From Planctomycetota bacterium (GTDB lineage: Bacteria > Planctomycetota > UBA8108 > SXIK01), in contig CBDCXR010000004.1 in the NCBI GenBank assembly GCA_965223845.1, forward strand, positions 5,248,001 through 5,312,000: 64,000 nucleotides of DNA. Direction: 5' to 3'. Shown here piece by piece: positions 37,279-46,461 of this stretch (position 1 is its first letter; the number at the start of each line of letters is the position of its first letter). The notes below the pieces were generated by a model. That model ran no database searches. It saw nothing but the letters and a program-made list of their open reading frames with translations, and was not told the DNA's origin. The translations under genes were made by a program, and so were the position numbers.

Positions 37279-37385
37279 GCCTAACCCGCCTCGCGAGTTG
37301 AGCTGCGGCCCTGCCAGAGGAGTGGAGCGCCGCCGATGGTGTCCGCTGGAACGAGCGACGGATCAGCTCGAACGGATGAGCGGAT
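37279..37385 (-). other. Degenerate attC-like site
   Basis: Minus strand: GTTCGAGCTG ... CAGCTCAAC (one unpaired C) ... GTTAGGC; R'' box degenerate. Confidence 0.3.
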
Positions 37386-37410
37386 CGCTGGGGCTCCCGG
37401 AGGCGGGCCG

Positions 37411-38082
37411 CTAGAGCGGTTGGTGCTGCCGCACGACCGAGCCATCCTCCGGCTCGTGGGTCGATCCGTTTCGCTCGATCAATCCGCAGAGCCGTACCAA
37501 CTGGGCGAGCGAGTCACACTCCATCTTGCGCATGACGCTCGATCGATGGTGCTCGACCGTCTTCGCGCTGATTTTCAGCTGATAGGCGATCGACTTGTTG
37601 GCGTGGCCCTGCGCGACCAAGTCCAGGACTTCGCGTTCGCGTGCGGTCAACCGCTCTGCACGCTGCCGCGCCTGGAGTTCCCGGGTGCGCGATTCGCGGA
37701 TCTGGGAATCTCGATCGAGCGCTCGTCGAACGCACTCAACGAGCGTCAGTGGATCGCAGGGCTTTTGGATGAAATCCACCGCCCCGTGCTTCAGACACTT
37801 GACGGCCGTGGGAACATCACCGCAGCCCGAAATCATGATCACCGGGATGGAATACTCCCGGTCCGCGAGTTCCTGAAGAAGGGTGGTCCCCGGCATCCCC
37901 GGCATGCGGACGTCGACCAGAGCGCACCCCGGCTCCCCGAGATAGGAGTCGAGAAACTCCGTCGCCGATGGGAACGCTCGCACCTCCATCTGATGGGTCT
38001 CGAGCAGCATCGAGAGCGATCTCAGGTACTGCGTGTCGTCGTCGATCGCGAAGACGACCGGGCTCGATCCTTCTCGATTCAT
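37411..38082 (-). CDS. FixJ/LuxR-family DNA-binding response regulator
   Basis: AIDDD, ALVDVRMPGM, GAVDFIQKP, LTAREREVL..NKSIAYQLKISAKTVEHHRSSVMRK; ATGA overlap with kinase stop. Confidence 0.93.
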   Translation of the reverse strand: MNREGSSPVVFAIDDDTQYLRSLSMLLETHQMEVRAFPSATEFLDSYLGEPGCALVDVRMPGMPGTTLLQELADREYSIPVIMISGCGDVPTAVKCLKHGAVDFIQKPCDPLTLVECVRRALDRDSQIRESRTRELQARQRAERLTAREREVLDLVAQGHANKSIAYQLKISAKTVEHHRSSVMRKMECDSLAQLVRLCGLIERNGSTHEPEDGSVVRQHQPL

Positions 38083-39287
38083 GGCTGCACCGGAAGCGAG
38101 ATGTTCACGGCGGTCCCCGATCTCGATCCCTCGATCCATATTCTACCCCCATGATCTTGAACGATCGTGCGACAAATCGGAAGTCCAAGTCCGAGCCGAC
38201 CCGGTCGGGTGCTAAAGAACAGGTCGAACGCGCAGTCGGCCAGGTCGGCGGGCAAGCCCATCCCGTTGTCCTTCACCTGAATGTCAACCGTGTCGGGACT
38301 ACGATTCACCTCGATCACGATGCGCTTATCGACCTTCGACGACTCTCGCAGAGAATCGAACGCGTTGCGTACGACCTCCAGGATGACGTGCTGAAGCTGA
38401 ACCTCGTCAGCGATGATCAACCCAGGTTCCGATGGGATCTCGGATTCGATCGACACGCCTTCGTCGGCCCCTTCCGACCGCAGAACTCGGAGAACTTGGT
38501 CCATCATGTCTTGGAGGTCGACTGAGGACGACACCCTGCGCCGCCGGGACAACAGTCCGTTTAGGTTCTCCAGAATGTCGGCGGCACGCGCGATCTCGGC
38601 GTCGGCGTTCTCGATCGGCTCCATCGCCGGCGAATCGGCCGCAGAGATGCGGCTGCGTGCGACGCTCAGATAGTTGGCCACCGCTCCGAGCGGTTGGCTG
38701 AGCTCGTGCGACAACTGCGCGATCAGTTCCCCCAGAACGCCGAATCTCGATGATTCCGCGAGAGCGTCACGCAGACGCGCGTTCTCGCCCTTCATGATCC
38801 AGCGGTGAACCTCCGCCTCTATCCGTTGAGCATGGCGCCGCACGAGCGCTCGAGTCGTCGGGTCCATCTCGTGCCCGACGTCATCGGTAGCGAAGACGTG
38901 TCCGATCGGCGTCGAACGGGAATCGAGAAACACGGTCGAGAGATACGACCGTCCATCGATCCGACGCACTGGCGAGCTTGGGTGACAATCCGGGTACTGA
39001 TCGATCACTCCGTCCGGACAGAAGAAGATGTCGTCCTTGAACTCACCCGTGTAGAAACCCGCGTCGGGGAGTCCTTCGACGCGGCACTCCCGCGGACGAG
39101 GTTCCGGCATGCCATCGATCTGAAGAGTCAGCATTTCGAGTTCACCGGTAGCTCGCGAATAGAGAACTACACCGCCGCATCGCCAGCCGAGGTCTTCGAG
39201 GAATGCACCCACGGCCCGTTCGATCGACGTCAGCCCCGACGCCGGAGGGCCCGAGTCGGACCGGTTCGATCGTTGTCTTGCTGGCAT
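38079..39287 (-). CDS. Cytoplasmic GAF-domain sensor histidine kinase (FixL/TtrS-like kinase core)
   Basis: GAF-like SYLSTVFLDSRSTPIGHV; H-box SHELSQPL; RNAFDS; DNGMG; GLGLGLPIC; no TM; start uncertain (ORF open to 39482). Confidence 0.85.
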   Translation of the reverse strand: MPARQRSNRSDSGPPASGLTSIERAVGAFLEDLGWRCGGVVLYSRATGELEMLTLQIDGMPEPRPRECRVEGLPDAGFYTGEFKDDIFFCPDGVIDQYPDCHPSSPVRRIDGRSYLSTVFLDSRSTPIGHVFATDDVGHEMDPTTRALVRRHAQRIEAEVHRWIMKGENARLRDALAESSRFGVLGELIAQLSHELSQPLGAVANYLSVARSRISAADSPAMEPIENADAEIARAADILENLNGLLSRRRRVSSSVDLQDMMDQVLRVLRSEGADEGVSIESEIPSEPGLIIADEVQLQHVILEVVRNAFDSLRESSKVDKRIVIEVNRSPDTVDIQVKDNGMGLPADLADCAFDLFFSTRPGRLGLGLPICRTIVQDHGGRIWIEGSRSGTAVNISLPVQP

Positions 39288-39571
39288 GCCAGTATCGATC
39301 CCGAAACTGCGGAACTCAGGCTGCCCGCTCGATGATCGAATCGCGGTCGACTCGACCAGTCTGGGTGGACAAACCGTGATTCTGGGCGAAGGTCGCGAAC
39401 TCGGGAGGATCGACGAACGTCTTCCGTCGACGACACGCTCGAGCACCGGATAGCCGACCTGGCGTCCGATCGGTCGGGCCACGACGGTGGTTCGGTCCGG
39501 TCGGGGGTGACCTCTTCATTCCAGCCGACCGACCACCTCAAGCTAGTTCCAGCTGAACCGCCCGATAGCAA

Positions 39572-39663
39572 TCCGGTTTTTCCCCCATTCATCGATCTTC
39601 GCCCCACGTAGCGTCGAGAAGATAGGCTGGCTACGGGGAAAACGCCATAAGGGATGTCCCCTA
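39572..39663. promoter_or_regulatory. 16-bp palindromic boxes upstream of the kinase, two in direct tandem
   Basis: TCCGGTTTTTCCCCCA (39572); TACGGGGAAAACGCCA (39632) abutting TAAGGGATGTCCCCTA (39648). Confidence 0.5.
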
Positions 39664-39872
39664 CTTGGAACTGAGTCCTCCTGCGCTTTGTCGTGAGATT
39701 CTCCCGAGTCGGTCCTCGGCGCGAGGGGGCCGGACTCGACGCTCCAAACGACGGCTGAACGCGGTCGGGCAAGGAGGCCGCGGGTGCCGAGAGACGGCCA
39801 CCCCACGCGCGGCACGCGACGGAGAGGCGGCCGACAAGATCGCCGCCACCACAGCCGCTGGAAGGCACAGAT

Positions 39873-41117
39873 TCAAAAGAGGAACGACGCGTCAAACGCG
39901 GCCGTCGTCTGCGTAAAGCGCGAACTGTTCTCGTAGATCCTCTCGTCGGCGATATCGACGCGAATCTCCCCACGGAGAAGGAGATTCTCGAACGGCTTCC
40001 ATCCGACGGTTGCCGTGGCGTCGAAGATCCGCAGATTAGGGTTCCCGAACGCCGCGCCGTCATGGTCGTCGAAATGCTCCAGACGTACGGCGGCGAACCA
40101 CGATTCACTCAGATCGTAGCGAGCTACGCCGGCGACCCCCCATAGATTCGAATATCCGCCCCCGGCTGAACCGGACTGGTCACTCTGCCAGTCCGCGTTC
40201 AGGAGAAACGTGAGCTTCGCGACCTTGAGCGAGGCAACGAGATCCACGAGGCTGCGGTAGTTCCCGGCGCTGGTTACCTCGCCCACGAAATAATTCGCGG
40301 TCAGGGCCGGCTCGAGGTCACCCCCTGGGGTCAACGTGACACTCGAGAGCCACACCGGGAAATTGCCTCCGCCGGAGGAGCCGACGTTTTGGTTCCCCCA
40401 ACCATTTACGATTCCCAGATAACCCGACAAGATTTCGTCGCCGCCCTCGGTCGAGAGAAGTGGAGCCGAAATCTTCGCTCCGGTATGCACGAACGGAATC
40501 GCGAAGCCAAAGAGGAGTGAGCGCGAAATCGAATCGTTGTACGGAGCGTCGATCAGCTCCGCTCCGGCGCTGGTGAGGAACTTCCCGAAAGTCAGCGTTG
40601 CACCACCGACGACGTCGACCTGATCGGGAACGCGAACCTGAACATTCGCCTCCAAGACATCGAGATCGTTGCCGCCGAACGCAATGTTTGGACTCTGCGT
40701 CGTCGCGCTGTCTTTTCCCGTCGTCGCCGCGAAGGAGAAACCGACGGGCGTAGACTCGTCCGGAGCGCGCGAGATGTAGAGTGCCGCGTTGTGCACGGTG
40801 AATTCGTTGTGGAAGACATCAAAAACGCGGAACGGGGTCTCCGGAAGAAGAGATCCTCCACGTTCCGCGCTATTGAAATTGTAAGCGTACGCAACGTTTA
40901 GATATCCGCCGATCTCGATCTCACGAAAAAGCTCCGCGATCCCCTGCGATCGCTCGGATTCATCGCTGAATTGGTCGCCGTCGGGCGAAGCAACGGCCGA
41001 ATCATCCAAACGAAACGGACCGGCCACTGCGTTCGGGGATGTACTGACAGCGGTCACGATCGCCATCACGATCGAAAGCGCTGCAGAACTACTGCTCTTC
41101 TGTTTGATGTCTGTCAT
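39873..41117 (-). CDS. Outer-membrane beta-barrel porin (BBP2/DUF1597-like)
   Basis: Signal peptide; GGYLNVAYAYNFN; TFGKFLTSAGAELI; PFVHTG; VNGW; RLEHFDD; terminal Phe; GGGGGAG RBS. Confidence 0.85.
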   Translation of the reverse strand: MTDIKQKSSSSAALSIVMAIVTAVSTSPNAVAGPFRLDDSAVASPDGDQFSDESERSQGIAELFREIEIGGYLNVAYAYNFNSAERGGSLLPETPFRVFDVFHNEFTVHNAALYISRAPDESTPVGFSFAATTGKDSATTQSPNIAFGGNDLDVLEANVQVRVPDQVDVVGGATLTFGKFLTSAGAELIDAPYNDSISRSLLFGFAIPFVHTGAKISAPLLSTEGGDEILSGYLGIVNGWGNQNVGSSGGGNFPVWLSSVTLTPGGDLEPALTANYFVGEVTSAGNYRSLVDLVASLKVAKLTFLLNADWQSDQSGSAGGGYSNLWGVAGVARYDLSESWFAAVRLEHFDDHDGAAFGNPNLRIFDATATVGWKPFENLLLRGEIRVDIADERIYENSSRFTQTTAAFDASFLF

Positions 41118-41256
41118 CTACACTCCCCCTGTCTTGTCCGACGAAGGGTACTGCCGACTCGAGATTCGACGTCCGGATCGAATCACTCGGGCGGGCTACC
41201 TCAGGTAGCTTCCACCGTCACTTTCGATGTTCGGCCGCGGTCCACCTCGCGCGGGA

Positions 41257-41872
41257 TAGGGACATACCCTCGAGCGGACACGACTCGGAAGCGCCGTACA
41301 CACCTATGCGCACCGAGTCCAGCGCACGGTCCCGGCTCAAGAAAAAACCCATCGCGGCGCGGAACGTCGCGATGGGAGAGAGGGTCGCGCAGACTCAGAC
41401 GAAGCATCCACCATTCGGACGCGTCCGATGAGTCCGCCGAGACGCTGTGCACTCCACCTTTACTAAGGACGGAGGAATCGTCCGCGACTAGCCGACGGGT
41501 CGCAATAGGGAGGTATCCGTACGCGAGTGTCGACCTCACGCGAGTCGGAGCACGCGAAAAAAAATCGGCCGGCGAAGACTCGCGTCAACGCCGGCCTCAA
41601 ATCTCCGAACCTCAACAGGATTCAGTTACGAGGATGCTGAAATCCGAGCGCACCTCGGAGGACGCTCGGTGTTGGGTTCAGTTCGGAGAAATCCCAAGTA
41701 GCTGCGTGGGAAATCGTGTACGCGACGGGTCCTACAGACGAGGCTCCGGTCGCAAAGGGCCTCATTCGGCGAAGCGATGCGTGCGCGCATTACTTCCGCG
41801 CTCGTCGCCCGCTGATTCCCACTCGGATTGTCGTCGACGGCGGGTAGCTCGAACCATAGGGAGTTTCCCCTA
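41257..41872. promoter_or_regulatory. Four 16-bp palindromic boxes in the divergent porin/hybrid-kinase intergenic region
   Basis: TAGGGACATACCCTCG (41257), TAGGGAGGTATCCGTA (41506), TTCGGAGAAATCCCAA (41682), TAGGGAGTTTCCCCTA (41857). Confidence 0.55.
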
Positions 41873-41971
41873 CGAGCGGGCCTCCTCGGCTTCGTGCGTC
41901 ACGAGATTTCTTCGCGTGGCCGTGAAAACGGGCTACGCATCGCTGTGCCACAGCCGATACAACCGAACGGA

Positions 41972-44900
41972 ATGATCAGCGACCGAGACACCCGAGGCGG
42001 GGCGAGTGGGTGGAGGTCAGTGGTGAGCGAGAGTCTCCGGACCGGGATACGATCACGATCGATTCAACGCATTGCCCTGCTCGCGTTGTTAGCTTTGGGC
42101 GTGTCTCATCCCGCAGCCGCTGACGGCCAACGGATCGCAATCGCGCGACCGGTGAGCGGGATTCTCGTCGACGGGGATCCGAGCGATTGGCCGTCGGACC
42201 TGCGGCGGTACCCCATCGCGAAAGCCGAGTTCGCGTCGCGGCCGCGGGACGAGATCGATTTTCGGGCGAGCTTTTCCGTCGGCTTCGATCCGTCCGAGAA
42301 CGCCCTCTACGTCCTCGTGCGGGTCCGCGACGACTCGACGGTGGTCTCCACCCACTGGCGCGACACCGACGGTTGCTCGATCTATCTCGGAACGGAGGCC
42401 GATCGCGAAGGCGAACGACGGATCGTGCAGTTTAACGCGTACGGTGATTACGACGACCGCGCCGTGACCGCGGTTCGCGATCAAGTCGCCGCCGCCGCGT
42501 GGAATCGCGGACCAGAGCAGCACGTATACGAGTGGCGATTCGACTGGAAAGCGCTCTTCGGCGACGGTCACGAACTCAAGGACGGTCGAAACGCCGGGTT
42601 TGACGTATCCGTATGCGATCGGGATCGAGACGACTCGTTCTCATGGATCGCCTGGACTCCAGGAATCCGAAAATCGGAAATACAAGGACGGATCGGTGAC
42701 CTCCTGTTCGCCTCTTCCGCTAGCGGGACCGGATGGATCGAGGGTCGAATCGACGCCGGATCTCTGCGAGGGCAACCTTTTGACCCGACTCTCATGGTAC
42801 GGCGCGAGCCGTTCGAATCCTCGCCGCGGATCACCATTCACGCCGACCGTCAGGGGCGGTTCCGTGCTGAACTGCCCGAAGGCCGTTACCAGATTTCTTC
42901 TCGGGCCGACCATCGCACCGAGCAGTGTGATGTCCGGGCCGGCAAGTCTACCGAGATCCAAGTTGGCCTACGCCCCGCTCCGGCTTATTCACGGTACTGC
43001 GCACGGGATCGAAAGAACATCGTGGGTCCCGGAAAGCACACCGCCTCTGGGTTTCATTTCGTTAGCCCAGACGAGCTCGGAGCCACGGAGGCAGGCGGCG
43101 TGTTTCAAGCCCGCAGCGGGGAACTATGGATCTACGGTTTTCGCGGCATAGCAAGTTTCGACGGCGAGTCATTCTACTTTTATGGCAGTCGCCTGCTCCC
43201 AAGGACGCCCGACACCGTCTCGGCGATCGACATGGTAGAGGATCTGACCGGTACGTTCTGGATCGCTGCCGAGGACGGGTTGTACCAGTTCCGAGAACAA
43301 GTCTTCACGTTCGTCTCTGGATCCCGCGGAATACGGGGCACGCTGCGGAAGCTGGTCGTTGGTGCAGACGGAACTCTCTGGGTCGGAACGGAATCGAGTG
43401 TCATCCGACTCTCCGACGGTCTTTTCGAGACCGTTGTTGACTGGAACCATCTCGACTACCGACTGTTGAGTTTCGCCGTCGCGCCAGACGACTCCATATG
43501 GATTGGCACCACGAACGGACTGCTTCACGTCGCCGAAGGAAGGACCGAGAGATTCACGAGCGCGGGCGGCCTCCCGAGCGACCGAGTCACCGATGTCGCG
43601 ATCGGGCACAGCGGGAAAAAACTGTGGATCGGGACGGACAAGGGTGTAGCGGTACGTGAAGAGGGAAAGTTCCGGGTCTGGCCGATCAACGCCCCCACGA
43701 GCACCGAGAAAGTATCGCGGATCGGGGTCCGGAGCCTCGTCGAGTCGCCGGACGGGCGTGTGTGGTTCACGTTCCGTAACCGCTCGCTGTGGGAGATCGG
43801 ACCGCACGGTCCAAATCGACTCTCAAATGAAGGCGCTCGAGGTCTGTGCATCGATCGAGAAGGAAATCTTTGGGTCGCGTCCGGTACCGTGCTGAGCCGA
43901 GTCGAACCTGAGCACTCGTCGAAGTTGACGACCTCGAAGATCTACGCAAGCGCGAGAGTTCGTTGTCTGATGCTGACGTCGAACGACACCGCGTGGATCG
44001 GCACAAACGCTCGAGGTCTCTTTCGCGAAGCCTCCGGCAGTGTCACGAACTGGACTACAAGCGATGGCCTTCCCCACAACGGCGTCGGCGCAATCCTCGA
44101 AGATTCTCACGGCGGCGTCTGGGTTGGCACGGCAGCGGGGCTAGCTCGCATCACACCGGACGGGAGCTTCTCGGCGTTCGCTCGAAACGACGAGCTCGTC
44201 GGACACAATGTGACGTGCCTTCTCGAGGATCGTCGCGGTCGAATCTGGATCGGTAGCATCTCTGGAGTCTCGATCTACGACGGAAACGGCGTATCGTCGC
44301 TGACTTCTCTCGATGGACTCCCTGACAACCATATTACCGATTTGTGCGAAGACGACAGGGGATCCGTGTGGATCGGGACCGTCCGCGGCACGGCGCGCTA
44401 CGATCCGATTCAAGATAGAGTCAGCTACGTCGCCGCTCGTAACACGCTCCCGAGGGTGGAATGCCTGTTTAGGCGTAGCGATGGCTCGCTTTGGCTCGGC
44501 GGAGCTGGCGGTTTATCTCGCTTCGATGGTAACAAGTGGACACGACTCGACATATTGCATGATCTCGATGTCGTCTTCGCGATCGCACAGATCGACGAGG
44601 CACGACTTTGCCTCGGGACGGCGAATGGCCTCGTACTCTACGACGGATTCGCAGCACAGCGGGTCACGATGCTAGACGGCCTTCTCCCTGGCAAAGTCGC
44701 GGCGCTCGCCACGCTTAGCGACAACTCCGTTCTCGTTGGGGCGAATCCGGGACTCAACCACTACTTCGCGCGGCCCGCTTCGCCTCCGATCAAGATCACG
44801 CGAGTATCGACGGTCGACGTCGGTGACACCACAAGTGTGGTCCGACTCGATCCATCGGAGTTTCCGTTCGAGATCGAATTCAGCTCGATCAGCTTCAAGA

Positions 44901-46396
44901 CTCGGCCAGGATCGCTCTTGTATCGCCACCGGCTCGTTGGGTTCGACGAGGAGTGGAAACTCTCGACCGAACCGCGCGTCGCTTATCGGCAAGTTCCACC
45001 TGGAACCTATCGGTTCGAGGTGCAAGCGATCGATCGCGATCTCGAATACTCCGACTCACCCGCTCAGGTTCAGATCCAGGTCGAGCCCGATTACGCGAGT
45101 CTCGCGCTTTGGATCGTCACGGCGAGTTCGGGTCTCTTGGCGATTTGGCTGGGCGTGCTTCTCGTGAGACGCGAGCGGAGCATCCGCCGAATGAATGTAG
45201 AGCTCGAAGACCGCGTCGAGAAAAGAACGACCGCTCTTCGCCGGGAGATCGAACACAGCGAGACGCTGCGCGAGCAGCTACTCCACACCCAGAAGCTCGA
45301 AGCGATCGGCACGCTCTCGGCGGGCGTGGCGCATGATTTCAACAACGTGCTCACGGCGATTCTCAACTACGTTCACCTCGTAGAGCTCAGCGAGGATCGA
45401 ACCCAGGTGACTCGCTGGATCGCTGGAATCCGAGATGCGGTCGAACAAGCCTCGGGAGTCACCAGCGCTTTGCTAACGTTTAGCCGAAAAACACCAACTC
45501 AGCGATCCAGTCAGCGACTGACACAAGTCGTCGCGGGGGCCTCGAGCTTGCTCGACCGATTGCTTCCGGCCTCGATCAATCTCCAAGTCGACTTCGCCGA
45601 GGAACATCCCATTTGGTGCCAAGTCGACGGCCCCCAGATACAGCAAGTCGTGGTGAATCTGTCTCTGAACGCACGCGATTCGATGGCCGACGGCGGTACG
45701 CTGACGATCGCCGTTCGTTCGTTCACCACTCAAGACGGTTCGAAACGTGCCTTGGTGATCGTTGAAGATACGGGGACCGGCATGTCCGAGAGTACGCGAG
45801 GACGCGTATTTGAACCTTTCTTCACGACGAAGGCACGTGGACGAGGAACCGGTATCGGCATGGCGATCGTCCACGGCATCATCTCCGACCACGACGGGAC
45901 GGTGAACGTGGAATCCGAGCTCGGAGTCGGCACCAAAGTGTCGATTGAGCTGCCGTGCTGTCCGCCGCCATCGGAATCGGAGTCGCTATCCGCCGACGGC
46001 ATCGAAGATCGGCACTCGCTCCGTACGATTCTTGTAGCGGAGGACGATTGGCACGTGCAGGAATCCGTGTGTCTCGCGCTTCAGAATCTCGGCTATTCCG
46101 TAGTCCGGGCCTCAGACGGACCGGAGGCCGTCGAATTCGTGCTCGCCCGACACAGCGAGTTGTCGGCGGTTGTGTTGGACGTCGACCTTCCTCGAATGAA
46201 CGGCTACGACTGTCTCCGTGCGATGCGTCGAGCCGTACCGAACCTTCCCGCCGTGATCGCGAGCAGCCTCAGAAGCTCCGAATCGATCTTCGAGCTCGGG
46301 TCCGCCACGGTGGCTCTCCCGAAGCCGTTCACCGTGATCCAGCTGGTCCGAGCGCTTGAAGAAGCATTGAAGGACGAGATCACCAGAGACCGCTGA
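41972..46396 (+). CDS. Hybrid sensor kinase: CBM9-like domain + Reg_prop beta-propellers + Y_Y_Y + TM + HisKA/HATPase + REC
   Basis: Signal peptide; ILVDGDPSDW..LYVLVRVRDD; repeated GLP.N.V..I.ED..G.WIGT; YRQVPPGTYRFEVQA; AHDFNNVL; FFTTK; VVLDVDLP; start uncertain. Confidence 0.9.
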   Translation: MISDRDTRGGASGWRSVVSESLRTGIRSRSIQRIALLALLALGVSHPAAADGQRIAIARPVSGILVDGDPSDWPSDLRRYPIAKAEFASRPRDEIDFRASFSVGFDPSENALYVLVRVRDDSTVVSTHWRDTDGCSIYLGTEADREGERRIVQFNAYGDYDDRAVTAVRDQVAAAAWNRGPEQHVYEWRFDWKALFGDGHELKDGRNAGFDVSVCDRDRDDSFSWIAWTPGIRKSEIQGRIGDLLFASSASGTGWIEGRIDAGSLRGQPFDPTLMVRREPFESSPRITIHADRQGRFRAELPEGRYQISSRADHRTEQCDVRAGKSTEIQVGLRPAPAYSRYCARDRKNIVGPGKHTASGFHFVSPDELGATEAGGVFQARSGELWIYGFRGIASFDGESFYFYGSRLLPRTPDTVSAIDMVEDLTGTFWIAAEDGLYQFREQVFTFVSGSRGIRGTLRKLVVGADGTLWVGTESSVIRLSDGLFETVVDWNHLDYRLLSFAVAPDDSIWIGTTNGLLHVAEGRTERFTSAGGLPSDRVTDVAIGHSGKKLWIGTDKGVAVREEGKFRVWPINAPTSTEKVSRIGVRSLVESPDGRVWFTFRNRSLWEIGPHGPNRLSNEGARGLCIDREGNLWVASGTVLSRVEPEHSSKLTTSKIYASARVRCLMLTSNDTAWIGTNARGLFREASGSVTNWTTSDGLPHNGVGAILEDSHGGVWVGTAAGLARITPDGSFSAFARNDELVGHNVTCLLEDRRGRIWIGSISGVSIYDGNGVSSLTSLDGLPDNHITDLCEDDRGSVWIGTVRGTARYDPIQDRVSYVAARNTLPRVECLFRRSDGSLWLGGAGGLSRFDGNKWTRLDILHDLDVVFAIAQIDEARLCLGTANGLVLYDGFAAQRVTMLDGLLPGKVAALATLSDNSVLVGANPGLNHYFARPASPPIKITRVSTVDVGDTTSVVRLDPSEFPFEIEFSSISFKTRPGSLLYRHRLVGFDEEWKLSTEPRVAYRQVPPGTYRFEVQAIDRDLEYSDSPAQVQIQVEPDYASLALWIVTASSGLLAIWLGVLLVRRERSIRRMNVELEDRVEKRTTALRREIEHSETLREQLLHTQKLEAIGTLSAGVAHDFNNVLTAILNYVHLVELSEDRTQVTRWIAGIRDAVEQASGVTSALLTFSRKTPTQRSSQRLTQVVAGASSLLDRLLPASINLQVDFAEEHPIWCQVDGPQIQQVVVNLSLNARDSMADGGTLTIAVRSFTTQDGSKRALVIVEDTGTGMSESTRGRVFEPFFTTKARGRGTGIGMAIVHGIISDHDGTVNVESELGVGTKVSIELPCCPPPSESESLSADGIEDRHSLRTILVAEDDWHVQESVCLALQNLGYSVVRASDGPEAVEFVLARHSELSAVVLDVDLPRMNGYDCLRAMRRAVPNLPAVIASSLRSSESIFELGSATVALPKPFTVIQLVRALEEALKDEITRDR

Positions 46397-46431
46397 CGAG
46401 CGCAAACGGATCGAAATCTCGACTTATCGAT

Positions 46432-46449
46432 GGATTCGCGCGCGAATCC
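46432..46449. terminator. Perfect 18-bp palindrome between convergent genes
   Basis: GGATTCGCGCGCGAATCC. Confidence 0.4.
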
Positions 46450-46461
46450 GAGAGCGCCGAT

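Noticed and set aside
46432-46449. Palindrome core GATTCGCGC matching the cassette IR, as an island boundary
   Set aside because: The short GC-rich word occurs elsewhere (e.g. about 2963 and 47537) and has no partner at the left island edge
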